NCBI RefSeq assembly: GCF_009914755.1
Contig: NC_060927.1
Reading direction: 5' to 3' (one strand)
DNA length: 64,000 bases
Source: the human T2T-CHM13v2.0 reference genome, Homo sapiens
Shown: piece by piece, positions 1 to 14,805 of the stretch
Layout: each line of letters opens with the position of its first letter
Position numbering within the stretch: the stretch's first letter is position 1
Program-made: the position numbers and the translations under genes
Notes under the pieces: model-generated
What the model saw: the letters and a program-made list of their open reading frames with translations, nothing else
What the model was told of the DNA's origin: nothing
The model's database searches: none

Positions 1-199
1 ATTTTTTAGCAATAACGTATTTTTAAATTAAGATGTGTACATTTTTTAGACATCATGTTATTAAACACTTATAGACTATAGTGTGAACATAACTTTTATA
101 TGTACAGGAAGTCAAAAATTGTGTCATTTGCCTTATTGCAATATTCACTTTATTGCAGTGGTCTGGAGCCAGAATCACAATATCCTTGAGATATGCCTG
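1..199 (+). mobile_element. Tigger1 DNA transposon, 3' terminal fragment (continues beyond the window start)
   Basis: Matches the recalled Tigger1 3' end (...gtggtctgga...caatatc...gagatatgcctg) and is followed by a TA target site at 200-201. Confidence 0.85.
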
Positions 200-2384
200 T
201 ACACAGAAAAATTTTCAAATACATAAATCAAGGCTTTTTAAGTGGTTATGGGCAGCACTAAATAAGATAAGGAATAAATGGGTCTCAAATAATTAGTTCT
301 TCATTGCGGAAAAATGTACTTTGGGAAAAAGCATATTCTCCATCACATTAGTATATAAACTACAGTATATAAAGAGCCCAAAGCCTACTGTAATTTCTCA
401 TCGCATGCTCTCTAATGAATGTAATATGCTTCTACATCAAGAATATTTGATGGATTGAACATCTCTGTTTTTCAACTCGAGTCCCCATTACTATATGAAA
501 GGTTCTCGAAGCATTCTATGAGTTGACCTCCTTGGAAACATGAATATTGAATGGGAAATGCCTTACAACTTAATATTCTATCCCTCTCAGAGGATATCTT
601 TATTTATATAAGAACTAAAGCTTTAAAGGAAAGGCAGAAAGTTTTTTATGAGATTTCAAGACATCAGGGAGGTAAAGGAGATCTTTTGAGGAGGTCCTTA
701 ACATTTTACCAGCTTGTAATTTTACTTAAGAGTAGTGAGAGGTATTCTAATTGCAGGAATGGGAAGAAAACTTCGCCTTTTTGTTAACTTTATTGAAGGT
801 CAGATTTTCTTTTTAAACTTGTCTATATTTATCTGTTATACACTCACTACTCACAGTTAAAGCTTACTGCTTCACTTACTGAACTAATTCGGAAACACAC
901 ATGCATGCACATACGCACATAGGAAGAGAAAGAAAGAATACCACAAATAAAGCCCAAATCATTCCTGTTCAACCTTCACTGCATCTTTTACACTTAATTG
1001 TATTAAACTGTCAGCATTTCACTAGTTTCTTCTTTTTTGTAATGCTTCACTGAGAGTACTACAGCTTACAAAAAGGAACTTTTATCCATAAAAGAGCTTT
1101 TCTATTGAATGAATCAGAAGATAAAACCAATGCACTTTAAAAATATCTCTCTATCATTTTTTCTCAGCTTGTTGCTCCAGACCTCGAGTTTAAACTAGTT
1201 CGAAATCAATCAACTCACTCAGAAGTAGAATGAAAGACTTCTCAGAAGAAAGTGAGAACACAGGAAAATATATATTTTTAAATTGCCGATCGTCCCTTAC
1301 ATCTCAGACAGAATTTTTCACTGTCTCGCACAGAATCAGGGCACGTGGTGAAGCATTTGGAAAGCGGATGCTGAGGTCAAGCAGCAAGCATTGGCACATA
1401 AATTGCAAGGTAGATTGAGAATTATTAGAGAGGAGAGTAAAACAAAGGGAAAAATAAGTGGCTACTCCATGAAAATAAAATCTATCTTTCATTAGTTCTC
1501 ATCTAGGATGTAGTGTTAATTGAGAGTAAATATGGATTGATCTCAGAAAAGCAGTCAATTTACAATTTTACAACTCATAGAAACACTATAAAATAAGAAT
1601 ATAAACTCCTTGAGGTAACAAAGTATGTTTTCTACTTTCTTTTCAGACACTCAGAGAGTTGTCTTTACATAGGTGCATAATGAATTCCTTAGGAATGACC
1701 TATTAGATTAATTTTGGGGAAATTCATTCGATTAAGAATTATAAAACTATAGAATCCCAAGCTTAATGTTTCTCACAGTTAGTAATATTTCTAATGGCGA
1801 CTTAGTGACAATCTAGAAACATGTTGAGGATGCCCAATAGGAGTAAATCCTTCTAACATTGAATATGAATATGAAATAGAAGAAATTAGAAGTGCTCCCA
1901 GGTGACCAAACCTCACTGTTCACTGTGTGCACTGGTGAAGGCTTTAGGAGTAAAGGATTAACAGTGCTTGTGTGTGTGCTGTGTCAGAATCATCAGTTAA
2001 CCAGGAGACTATCATGCACTTAGTAATCACAATGACAAAAGGAGAGCCTTGGCTTAGAGGGAAGGGAATTCGTTGGAGACATATATTACCATTAACTGAG
2101 GTAGAACAGAACTCGTTTTCTTTCAGTTTCTCTTTTCTGACTGGCCATCCTTATTTTTTTTTCTCTTTTGTTAACCTCATTTTTATGAGTGCTCTGAAAA
2201 TACTGGTTATTGATTTTACAGTTATGAAGTTGATAAATGCTGAAGTTTCTGCCCTAGGACAACCTTTTAAAATAAAATTGTGAAAAGATGGAACGTTACT
2301 AAAAGAAAGTAGCAACATCCATTAATGTCTGTTTCTGTTATATATTTGTATATCATAATAATATTATTAGTAATTGAAGCTTCC

Positions 2385-2650
2385 TAACTCATTCATTAAT
2401 TAGCCTGTTCATAAACTTGAGCTGTGTATCCACTCTGTGCCAGGCACTGCGCTTGGGACCAAGAATTAAAAGATGCATATCTTACTCCATTCTCCAGGAG
2501 CTTTTATTTTCTGGGATACTAGTCCAGGACCAGTTGATGATGAAACTATCTTAAGTGGCATGCTACGATTTTGTAAAGAATATTACAGGGGAGTAGAGAA
2601 GGGTGAGCCATGCTTTCAAGGAAAAGGTAAAATATAAGTTAAGTCTTGAA
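2385..2650 (-). mobile_element. L2 LINE 3' fragment
   Basis: ttcattaat...ctctgtgccaggcactgcgct...ctccaggagc is the typical antisense L2 3' end; highly diverged. Confidence 0.55.
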
Positions 2651-3493
2651 TTCAAACTGGAATTAGGTTGGGAGAGGAGGGTGTTAACTGAAGTTAGCTA
2701 AAATGTGGGTGCCAAGCATGGGCCTAAGTGAGTCACTGTACTGTCTCTAACTGCCCGTCCATCTCAGTGTTCTGCCTGCTAGGCCCTCAGTAAATAGAAG
2801 TTCAAGGAAGAAATCTACGTACATGGAATGGTAATGTTACAAATATAACTCTAAAATATTTGAGTAAAATAAGATTATTTTTACAGAGCCAACATAGTAG
2901 CTTCTTAGAGTCTTTGTCATTGTTTCTGGTGTTTTCTCCTCTTTTAGGTCTCTTCAGGAGTAACAGTAGTGTTCTCTTACATCAAGGAGTAAGAAAATTA
3001 CAGAGCTAAAGAATAGGAGGAAATGAGATAGAAGTAATTCTAAAATCACAAATACTAGAAAAAAATTGCTAATGATTCATAAGGCATATTTTAGAGACTT
3101 CAATAGTAGTAGGCAGTCGTTCTGTAATTAATTCATGCAACTCAATTGAAGGTAGATGCATGTTCAATCCATGCTATTGTTTATATGAAATAAGTCCTTC
3201 AAACTAAAATTAAATACCTTTATGTATGAGGCTAGTTGAATTTCATAATATTATATTTTATGGTAAAAGTTACAGGGGTAGGCAAATATTACCGTAAATA
3301 GTTAATAATACTTAATATCTGCTAAGCATTGCAAAGGTGGTTTTTTAAAGGGAGATCAGGCAACAGTTCGAGTATGGGAAATCCTTTGTAGAATTTAAAA
3401 AATGGGTATCTTCTTTTGGCAAGAAGTAAAATGTATCCTCTATGTTTTGGTTTAGAATTTTGAGAATTTTTTTTTCCTGCTGAAACAGAACTG

Positions 3494-6400
3494 CCGTTGA
3501 TCTTTGAACAATGTGGGGGTTAAGGGTACCGACTCCTGTGCAGTCAAAAATTCACATATAACTTTTGACTCCCCCAAAACTTTACTAATGACGTACTGTT
3601 GACCAGAAGCCTTACCAATAATGTAAATATTTGACTAACACATATTTTTTGTGTTATATGTATTATATATTGTGTTCTTAAAACAAGCTAAAGAAAATGT
3701 TATTAAGAAAATTATAAAAAATAGAAAATACATTTACTGTTTATGAAGTGGAAATGAATCATTATAAAAGTCTTCATCCTCATGGTTTCCCCATTGAGTA
3801 GGCTAAGAAGGAGGAGAAAGAGGAGGGGTTAGTCTTGATATCTCAGGGGTGACAGAGATGGAAAATGTGTAACAGTTGAGAGAGGAGGCAGGAGAGGCAG
3901 GCACACTTGGTGTAACTTTACAGAAACATCATAATTCCTATCATTTTGCTTTTTCAGTTCTCTAAAAATATTTCTACATGGAACCAAACCTTCTTCCACC
4001 ATTTGCTTTAGTTTCAGTGCCCATATCGTAGAAAGGTCCATGTCATAAAAGAAGTCAAAAGCGGTCTTCAACATAACTCTTTTGACAGATTGCCTAATGT
4101 CAGTTTATTTTCTGGCGCTGTTTCTTCTTCGTCTTTTTCTTCACCATCTGGCACTGGATTGTAAACACTCATCTCCATCAAATCATCTTCTGTGAATTCC
4201 TCTATTGTGGTTTGGTGTCTATTAGCTTTTGAATTTCTCTAAGATGTATATTTTGAAAGCCTTCATCCCTTACTTTTTAATTTTGCCATATCCACAGTCT
4301 CTTTCATTATTTCCTTGATTGGTTCTGTTATAAATCCTGTGAGATCATACACAGCATCTGGACACAGTTTTGTGTTGTTTTTTTCCCAGCAGAAATTTAT
4401 TGTTTCAGTCTTGATGGCTTTTATGGATTTTTCTGTAACAACAGCAGCATCTTCAATGGTGTAATCCTTCCAGATTTTCATGATATTTTCTCTTTTGGGG
4501 TTTGGTGACATATTAATAGATTGACAATTTTTTTCCATAGAGTACTGTGCATAATGAGCCTTAAAGGTCCTTATGATTCTTGACCTAGAGGCTGAATTAC
4601 AGATGCTGTGTTTAGAGGCAAGTAGACCACTTCTATGACTTCACTGTTGAACTCATAGAGTTCTGGGTGGTCAGGGGCAGTGTCCAATATCAAAAGAACT
4701 TTAAAAGGCAGTCTGTTACTGGCAAGGTAACAAAGGATCAATAGAACCAATCCAGAAAAAGGGTTCTCCTCTTGAGGCCTTCTTGTTGTATAAGCAAAAG
4801 ACTAGCAGATGGTATTTATCTTTTTCTTCAAGGCTTGGGGTTTAGGGGATTAGCTGTTTTACGGATAAGGGCAGTCCTCGTCGGAAGCCTGACTGTGTTT
4901 TCACAAAACAGTAGAGTTAGCCTATACTTTCCTGCCTAAACTCTGGTGCCTACTTCCTTACTAATTAAATGTCCTTGGAGGCTCTCCTTACCCTGAATAG
5001 AGCAGTTTTGTCTGCATTAAAAACGTATTCACATAATTATTCTTCCTCCTCAGTGATTTTCTTAATGATGTCTGAAAATGTCTGCTGAATCTTGAGAAGT
5101 GCTTCTCATGTTACCTTTTTTTTTTTTTAAGCCAAACCTTTATCTAAAACCATCCTTTGCTGGCATTAAATTCTCCAGCTTTAGATACTTCACCTCGTTT
5201 TTGCTTTAAATTGTCATATAATGACTTCATATTTTTCTTGAATCATATTTGAGTCGATAGGTGTGCCTTTCTTATAGCAATCCTGCACTCACATAAAAAC
5301 TGCATTTTCAACGCAAGATAAAAATGTATATCACAGTAAGTGCAAGGTTCATCCCTGCTGGTATAACTGCAGTGACAGCTTTATATATATATATATATTC
5401 TTTTTTTTTTACAATGGTCCTTACGCTTTATTTATTTGTCTTGAAATGGCAGGCAACTGTGACTGTAGACCTCAATCTATCATACATATCAAGAAACTGA
5501 ACTTTTTCTTGTAATGTTATGACTTTTCTATGCTTTTGAGAAGCACTTCCAGCATCACTAGTGTCACTTTGTATGGGTAGCATGGAGTTATTCAAGGTTT
5601 ACAATATTGCACTAAGCACCACAAAAATATGTGAGAACTGCAAGATTGTCATTTACTGCTATAACATAATTTACTGAAAAATACAAGGATCTGCTCATGT
5701 GGAGATGATTAGCATCACAGTGTTTTAAGCAGATACTCTTAACACTTAAGCTCATCACAATAGCAACCAGAGGAGGCTACAAAGTTGTTATAATAGAACA
5801 GTATGTACTACAGTTAACTTTATGCAGTATCATTTAATACCACATTTAAAAAAATTTTAATTTTATTTTTAGATTCAGGGGTTACATGTGTAATTTTGTT
5901 ACATATGCTGAGGTTTGGAATATGAATAATTCCATTCCTCAGGTAGTGAGCATGGTACCCAATAGTTAGTTTTTCAACTTTTTTCTCTTTCTTTCCCATC
6001 TAGTAGTCCTCAGTGTCCATTACTGCCATTTATATCCATGAATACCCAATGTTTAGCTCCCATTTATAAGTGAGAACATGTGGTATTTGGTTTTCAGTTT
6101 CTGTGTTAATTCACTTAGGATACTGGCTTCCAGCCACAGCCAGGTTACTGCAAAGTACATGATATCATTCCTTTTTATGGCTGCATAGTGTTCCATGTTA
6201 TACTGCATCTTTACATTTGTTTACAGTTTTCTCAATAACAACTGTATGGTCTATAAGTCTTCATGTAAATTTTGATAAATTTTAACTTCATAATGTATTT
6301 GTATATATTTTATTGTACTAAGTGATAAAATAGACTAGTAACTACATATAGTCTATGCATTCATGACATACCTTTTTTTTAACTTTAAAATATTCCTAGG

Positions 6401-6528
6401 CTACATGGTTTCTCTCAGTTTTTTCAAATCTTTGTAAATCTCCGAGTTTTTTTCAATAAATATATTGAAAAAATTTGCATATACATGGACTCATGCAGTT
6501 GAAACCTGTATTGTTCAAGGGTCAACTA
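3494..6528 (-). mobile_element. Near full-length Tigger2 (pogo-like Tc1/mariner) with a decayed transposase
   Basis: Inverted termini ccgttgatctttgaacaa (3494) and ttgttcaagggtcaacta (6528). Minus-strand ORF remnants 4263-4538 (KIWKDYTIEDA...INFCW) and 3829-4074 are Tigger-transposase-like. About 2.7 kb remains after removing the internal L1. Confidence 0.85.
5848..6197 (-). mobile_element. 5'-truncated primate L1 (L1PA/L1PB-type 3' end) inserted in Tigger2
   Basis: T-rich tail followed by L1 3'UTR motifs (ccactt/cattataagtgagaacatgtggtatttgg); degenerate TSD taataccacattt / ttatactgcatct. Confidence 0.8.
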
Positions 6529-6899
6529 TTGTCATGTTTTAATACTACACATTGTTATCAAAAGTAATATAAAGCAAATGACCCAATAGTGACTATCCTT
6601 CCTCATCCTCCCCTCATTTCTCTTCTTTTCTCATGAGGTCTTAGGTGAAAATATGACAGTGAGGTTTTGACAGCCTTGAGAGATGTGGATAAATAGCTTG
6701 CTTTGTTTAAAATGAACAGATATCTCTTCTTTCATTTTCTAATAAATGTTTGGTATTGCTGACATATCAATGTGATTGGGTCATATGAGTAGTTGGGGAT
6801 TTTTTTAAATAAATGTATTTCCTTCTGACCTAATTCAAGGAGCTTTTAGAAATCAATCCTAATATGCACAAGGCTCTGGACTAGCAGTTGTATAAATAA

Positions 6900-7050
6900 T
6901 TTCTCTAATCCCCACAATAATTCTATGAGGTAGGTACATTTATCCACATTTTACAAATGTGGAAATTGAAGCTTATAATTAACTTCTAAGGAATGAAATA
7001 GGGATTTAAATCCAGTTTTTTAATTCCAAATCTAATGGTCTTAATTATGT
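6900..7050 (-). mobile_element. MIR SINE fragment
   Basis: MIR core: cacaataattctatgaggtaggtac...attttacaaatgtggaaattgaagct. Confidence 0.65.
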
Positions 7051-7105
7051 TATATTACATTATAACATTATATTAAATTATCAATATTGTTATATTACAG
7101 TACAC

Positions 7106-7402
<297 letters not shown>

Positions 7403-9272
7403 TATAGTTCACACGATTGTATTATTTACATCCTGGTATATTATTTGTGAGCAGGGGAAAATAGGGTTAAAGGTAGACTTTAGCAGCTGGATAAGTTTTT
7501 ATTCACCCATGTAAATTAGACTTGCAGAGGCAAGTCTAAACTACCCCCATAAATTAACTAAACTTGGGCATTCCCTCTAACATATTTGATTCTTATGCAT
7601 CTACACTTCTCAACTGAATTTCAGTATAAACTATATTTAGTTGGGCTTGAAAGAAACATAATACTTTACTGTGACTTTCAGGAAAGGATATGTGCACACA
7701 GTGTACCAACCTTCTAAATTAAATTTACAAAATAAACTAATCATTTCTAGTTGTCTCTGTTGTGCATAAAGCACAAGGAACGCTGGTGCTATTGTTCTCT
7801 GAGGGCTTTTTATGCACTGTGACAGGGTGAAGTATTGCTGTAGGAAAGAGACTGGAACAGAGGAGTCTGGTCCTACAAGTCACCTCGTGTCTCACCTCGT
7901 TAATATCAGTGGAGTCTAAGAAGGTCCGACACCTGTATGTGATTCAGGGAATTAAGATCAAAGAGATTCTTCCATGGTCTGACTTTGGTTTGCACTCCCA
8001 AGCGTACCTTGCTCTTGCAAATCTATTTTTCATTTTCTCCGTCTGTAAAAAGAGGCTCGCTGCTTTAACTAGAGGCAACAAAACATGGAAGTAGAATCGA
8101 TGAGTCATAAATTAGTGATTCAAAGATTCGTTATGTGTAAGCTAGAGAGGATACCTATTTAGGGCATGGCATTATTAAAAGTGGTCATTGGTTGTGTTCA
8201 TTGATTTAGTTGTCACCACAATTCATGTTATGGAAAATAAACATATCCATTAAGAGAGTTACTCTGGTAAGCTCTGCAAATCCACCTCATCTAACACAGA
8301 GATGACAATTCTATCTTTAAGACAGAGAACTTAAGTAAAATTACCACTCTTCTTTACAGGTAGTATATGGCTGCCTGCCAATGGTTCTAACTCACTGAGT
8401 AACATCTGAGAGAAACCAGGAAGAACTAAAATGCATGAGTGATACATGAAAGAAATCAAATGACAAAGGGGGAGTTCTAGGAGAGGAAAGCCATTAGCAG
8501 AAATATTATTAAGCATGTAGAAAGACCTTCGCTTATAAAACATTTTATAATCTTTTTTAAATAAATTTGATTTGGCAGGCTTTCATTAGCAATGTCAATT
8601 TTGTGATATTGTTCTCTCAGACATTTAGGCTGAATATTTTTGCTTTAATATATTGGAGGGTCTTGCTGACATCAACTTGCCTTTAAGACAGAGGCATCAA
8701 AGTACTCTGAAAGGTCACACTAACAAAATTACATGTGACCTCTCAGCTGAGAGCTCTAACTGATATATATTTTTAAAATTTTCCCTTTCTTCCCTGGAGG
8801 TTTTCATGACAGCATTCTCCCCTTTTAGAGTTTGACGAAATAAAGCTTATATCTTTACCATTTTTACCAATTAATACCATTAATACCTTAATAAAGATGA
8901 TAAGTCAGTCACAGATTGAGACAGGGATTTAGCTTTAAATTAGTTCCAGTTGTGGAGTTACTTCCCCGTTGTCAGCAGGAAATTTCCACACCTAATTGTA
9001 TTCACATGTTTGGATCATAGGGACAATGAAATACAAGATTCTTTCTTTTAACAAATTTAAGGCTATTTTAAACACTATACAATAGTTAAATATAAGTATT
9101 ATGGAATACGTAACATTTGTATATTTTGTTTTTTCAATGAGTCAGAAATAGCAATGTCCAGAAACTTTATAGATTAAGATTTTGAATTATATATAGAGCA
9201 AAATTCCTTGGTTTTACTCCATATTTTGTGGACATTCTGTAGTTCAACTTGCATGTTCAATTTTAAGTAGTC

Positions 9273-9499
9273 TAGGTTGGGGTAAACTAGACCCTATTGG
9301 CTAAATCCTGCTTCCCACCAGTTTACATATATAAAACTTCAGAAGCAGAGAGCGCCCCTTTTATTTATGTATTGGTTGTGTTTATGTACTGCTTTTGTGC
9401 TACAACAGCAGAGTGGATTACTTGTGGTGGAGACTGTACAGGCTGCAAGCCTAAAATACTTACTATTTCGATTTTTTCAAAAAATATGTTTTGACCCTT
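9273..9499 (+). mobile_element. MER58A-like hAT-Charlie MITE
   Basis: gcttttgtgctacaacagcagag...gcaagcctaaaatacttactat...ttgaccct matches the recalled MER58A; about 225 bp. Confidence 0.75.
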
Positions 9500-11084
9500 A
9501 TTTTGTAAAATGCAAGCAGGAATTCTAGTCCTCATTTATTATAATAAAAATTATAAAGGTTTATGTATGTAATATATAGGAAGTCATACAACTAACATTT
9601 CTTGAATTTACATTAGATGCCAAGCAGAGTATTTATTGCCTGCACAAATAGAGATTAAAATTTGAAATTAAGAATATTCTATCAAAAATTTCTCATCTCC
9701 AAACTTTTTATTGCTATGTTTCTCAGCAACCTAGAAAGTTGCCAACAATTCAACCCACAAAGTGAAGTTTTAACTCACTAGAGAAAGATTCAATTCCATT
9801 TTATTCCATTTCAATTACATATGGGAAGCTGGCCTTTGCATTTGCACATAAGCCAACCTAAGGTATTTAAAGTGAGACATATGTATTACTCTTCTCAGAA
9901 TTCATTTATCAACCAAGTTACAGCAATCAAAGAGGATTAAGAGAGGAAAATTCTTTTACTGTATGCAATGTTATGCAATGTACCAAATCAAGGGAAAGGA
10001 TAGCAATATTATAATTCTATGGCTCTAAAAATATGTAGATCCCAAATCGTTTAAATTTTTTTTTCATGGACATAACACTATATATTTCATAAGTAGGATG
10101 TGAGAGTGCCTCTGAACTGCTAAAAAAAAATTTAGAGAGTGCAGAGTTCAAAAAACTAAGAAATAACTGTTGAAGTGGGATGATTATGATTCCCCCTCTT
10201 CAATGTGTTTTTCCTGGTTTGGCACAAGCACAAAGGTTAAGCGATTACCTGCATTTTAGGCTTTGGTTTTTTTAGTTTTGGTTTTTTATTTCTAAAGTAA
10301 TCATTTTCAAGCAGAAAACTGGACCACTGATGGGAACTATTTTAAAATAAACAACTTCCAAGAGCAACATAAGAACATAATTCATTGGAAAGTTGTTACT
10401 GTAACAAATGTGCTCATTTCCCAACTTGCACATTCAACCATTTTGAATGCTGTATAGATTAATTCATAGCCGAGGGAAAGGAAAGGTTTTCTAGACTTTA
10501 AACTATTTATTAAGCACTATGGCACAAAGTGTTATAAGTAAATTTATCTTAAGTTCAACCGAATGGGCCCAACACAGTACATTTTTAAATTGGCAAAAAT
10601 GTTATATCCACTGTATAACTACAGCATGGATTACATTACAGATACATTTATTTTAACCAACTCCTGTAAAATTTTGCTGACCTTTCACTTGCTTTAGTTA
10701 CATTTGTTATTACATAAAAAGGTGAACCTAGATTATAAAAATATAAAGGCATGAATTTATTTCATGTTTTATCAGATTTTTCTTCTGAGCCAATTTTCTT
10801 TTAGGCTTGGTCTCAGAGTACTAGTAAGGATAGTCTCATGCACTCAATCAGAATTGAGGTGGGAGTATATAGGAAGGGTTCATTTCTCCCTACGTAATGT
10901 CATATATGGAAATTCAGTGGGAAAAGTGTGCTTAAATATGTATGAGAATAGCAAAGTTTTCTATGTAACCACCACACCCCCCATCCCTACCACCACAACC
11001 AAAAACGTATTGTTTCTAAAGGTATTTGTCCTACAACCTAGCCTTCTTTTTTCTTTTCTGTTCTTTTTTTCTTTTCTTTTGTGT

Positions 11085-11278
11085 ACAGCTCTTACTATCC
11101 CCTGCCATTTTTTATAATTTACTAATTTGTTATATTTACTGATTATTGTCTGTCTCTCCTGCTGCACTATAAACCATATGAGGGCAGGGACTTTATCTAT
11201 TTTGTTCCTGCTATATCTGATGTTTCTGGAACATGCCTGACACATAGTAGAAATTGAGTACATGTTTGTAGAAGAAAA
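11085..11278 (+). mobile_element. L2 LINE 3' end
   Basis: atgagggcagggactttatctattttgttc...acatgcctgacacatagtag. Confidence 0.7.
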
Positions 11279-11732
11279 GCAGGAAAGAAGAAAGTAATGG
11301 CTACCCTTTTGAAAAATCATTGATTATCATGATATGTAAGATATAGCAACATAATGAAGCAAATCAACAAAATTAGTAAGAACCCGGAGGTAACTCTTTG
11401 CTTTCTTCTCTTCCATGAGGATTATATTTTCCCTAACAATAAGACTTGATTGAGAACATGTTGGTGGGAACTGAAATCCAGTCCACACTCCACTTGTCAA
11501 ATCCTGAGCCCTGATATCATTTGTCTTTGTCCAGAGAGTAAGTCTTTTCCTAATTAACATAGAAGCCCAATGTAGAGCAGCTGTAGCCTTTGCATTTACT
11601 CATCATTTGCTATAATCATCATTTTTGGACTGATGTTCTGTCAATTCAAGAAATAATTTTTCTTATTCAAGCATTTGACACTGATGATTTGCCGTAAATT
11701 GAGCATTTTTTTTCTATTACAGCAATTTGCAG

Positions 11733-12060
<328 letters not shown>

Positions 12061-12221
12061 AATTATTTTTTTACTTAAAGTCTTATTTCAGTCTTTAGGA
12101 GAAAAACATTTTAGTTACCCCTCACTGTAAAATTCTGCCATATTAAATGACTCAATGAATGAGGACTTCCCCTGCATACTGGATACAATAAATTCTTTTT
12201 CTGAAATAGCGATGAATTTTG

Positions 12222-12378
12222 CTGTAGACTGAATAATTGGCTTCAATTCTTTACCTCTCCCAGTGACCACATTTTCACTATGGTTTTTCATGGGCAGAAG
12301 TTTTTTTCTGCCCTTTGAGTTGGGGCTTAGAATATGGCTTGCTTTAGTCAACAGCACATTGTCGAAAGTGATGTTGTA
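12222..12378 (+). mobile_element. MLT1-family (ERVL-MaLR) LTR, 5' part
   Basis: ctgccctttgagttggggcttag...gcttgctttagtcaacag...gaaagtgatg is MLT1-like; the matching 3' part lies at 20572-20885. Confidence 0.55.
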
Positions 12379-12404
12379 TTTTTAAAAGATGGAATGAATG
12401 ATTG

Positions 12405-13023
12405 AGATCATACGATCATCTCAATACATGCTGAAAAAGCACTTAACAAAATTCAACATTCTTTCATGATAAAAACTCTGCCCAAATTAGGTATAGAAAG
12501 AGAGTACTTCAATGTAATAAAGGCCTTCTAGGACAAACCTATCGCTAACATCATATTTCACTATGAAAAGCTAAAAGCTTTTCATATAAAATCACGAACA
12601 AGATAAGAGTACCCTCCCCTCAAGTCAATATAGCGCTTGAAGTCCTAGCTAGAATAATTAGGCAAGAAGGCATAATAAAAGGCATACAATTCAAAAAGGA
12701 AGTAAAATTATCTCTATTTGCAGATGACATGATCCTATTTGCAGAAAACTTAAAAGACTTCACCAAGAAACTGTTAGAATTAATGAATACATTCAATAAA
12801 GTTGCAGGATATAAAATCAACATACAAAAATCGGATGCATTTTTATACACTAAACAATGAACTATCTAAAAAAATTTTTAATCCCATTTACAATGGCATC
12901 ATAAACAATAAAATACTTAGGAATAAATTTAGTCAAGGAGGTGAAAGATCTGTACACTGAAAAGCATAAACCAATGATGAAAAAAATGGAATAAATCACA
13001 AATAAATGGAAAGATATCCATTC
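12405..13023 (+). mobile_element. L1MA (L1MA8/9-like) ORF2 segment, left of the nested insertions
   Basis: L1 RT region (tctctatttgcagatgacatgatc = LFADDM). It breaks at aaatggaaagatatcca and resumes at ~18789 (ttcatggattagaaga). Confidence 0.9.
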
Positions 13024-13034
13024 GAAGAATTCTT

Positions 13035-13112
13035 GAGAGAATCACTTGAACCTGAGAAGTTGAGACTGCAGAAAGCCAAGATCACGCCACTCAACTCTAG
13101 CCTGGGTGATGA
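13035..13112 (+). mobile_element. 5'-truncated old Alu right arm (AluJ-like), split by the provirus; the remainder and A-tail are at 18760-18788
   Basis: gaatcacttgaacc...gcctgggtga|provirus|gagagaaacactgtctcaaaaaaaa rejoins into an Alu 3' end. Confidence 0.8.
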
Positions 13113-13441
13113 TGAGACAGTCCGGTGGGAGAGGGTCTCTGGAAAACCTCCAACTAGCCTGCCCCCTAGAGTGGAGATTCGGGAAGTTCCTGACATTTGC
13201 AGCGGGGAAGAGCCTGGCCCCTCCTCTTCCTGTGTGGAAACTGGGATTTGAACGGCGGGCAGGAAGTACTCGAGTAGGGAGTCTGGCCTAGTGAAAGTCT
13301 CTGTTTCCTCCTTTTCTTACTTTTCACTCAATAAAACCCTGCTTTACACACCCTTCAAACCATCTGTGAGCCTGAATTTTTACGGCCATGGGACAGACAA
13401 GGATCCTGTCTTTATCTAAACTAAGGAAAAGTCCTGCAACA
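13113..13441 (+). repeat. 5' LTR (MER61-like)
   Basis: tgagacag...aataaaaccctg...gtcctgcaaca; TG...CA ends and AATAAA present. Confidence 0.85.
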
Positions 13442-13445
13442 TTTG

Positions 13446-13463
13446 TGGTGCACAACGTGGGGC
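13446..13463 (+). other. Primer-binding site complementary to tRNA-Lys(CUU)
   Basis: TGGTGCACAACGTGGGGC vs TGGCGCCCAACGTGGGGC (16/18), located just after the 5' LTR. Confidence 0.8.
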
Positions 13464-13837
13464 TCGAGAAGTGGTAAGTGAAATGGGGACTCAAAACCTC
13501 TCACTGTTGCTCCTAAGCATTTTTATCCTTGGAGTTCAGAGGGTGGGGGTAACATGCCCCCCAAACCCTATTGCTCCCGGGGGGCCTGGGGAAAGGCCCT
13601 TTCTTTCCTTTTTCAGAATGAGCAGGCAAGTGGGGGCTCCTCGCTCCCCCTCCCCTCCTCTCCCTGCCAGGGCTGGGACACATGGCCCAGGGGTCCCACA
13701 CAGCTAGTTGGCTGGCTGGTTCCCAGCCACAAGCTGCTGCAGCCTTCCCCTTCCCCAGCCAAAGGGTTTTACTCCATGGGACAGTAATGAAGCTTAAACT
13801 TTTCTCCCCGGTGAAGGAACCACTTGCATAAGAATAA

Positions 13838-14314
<477 letters not shown>

Positions 14315-14557
14315 TGAAATCAAGCTTCCATCTTTTTTTTTTTTAATCCTGAGGGCATGGCTTGTAACTCCTGTGGCAAGGCTTCCTTTAGCAACCCTGC
14401 CCGGAGGGGTAAGTTTTTTTCTGGTTTGATGGGTGCGTGTTTTCCTAGCCCTGTCTCTTAACGGGCCCCACCCAGCGACTGGGTTTTCTTCTGCCTATGT
14501 GTGTACTGTGTGTGATGTCTGTGAAAATAGTCCTAATTAATTTGCCTAAAGAAAGAC

Positions 14558-14805
<248 letters not shown>

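Noticed and set aside
13113-13441. p53 response element reported for some MER61 subfamilies
   Set aside because: No paired RRRCWWGYYY decamers seen in either LTR
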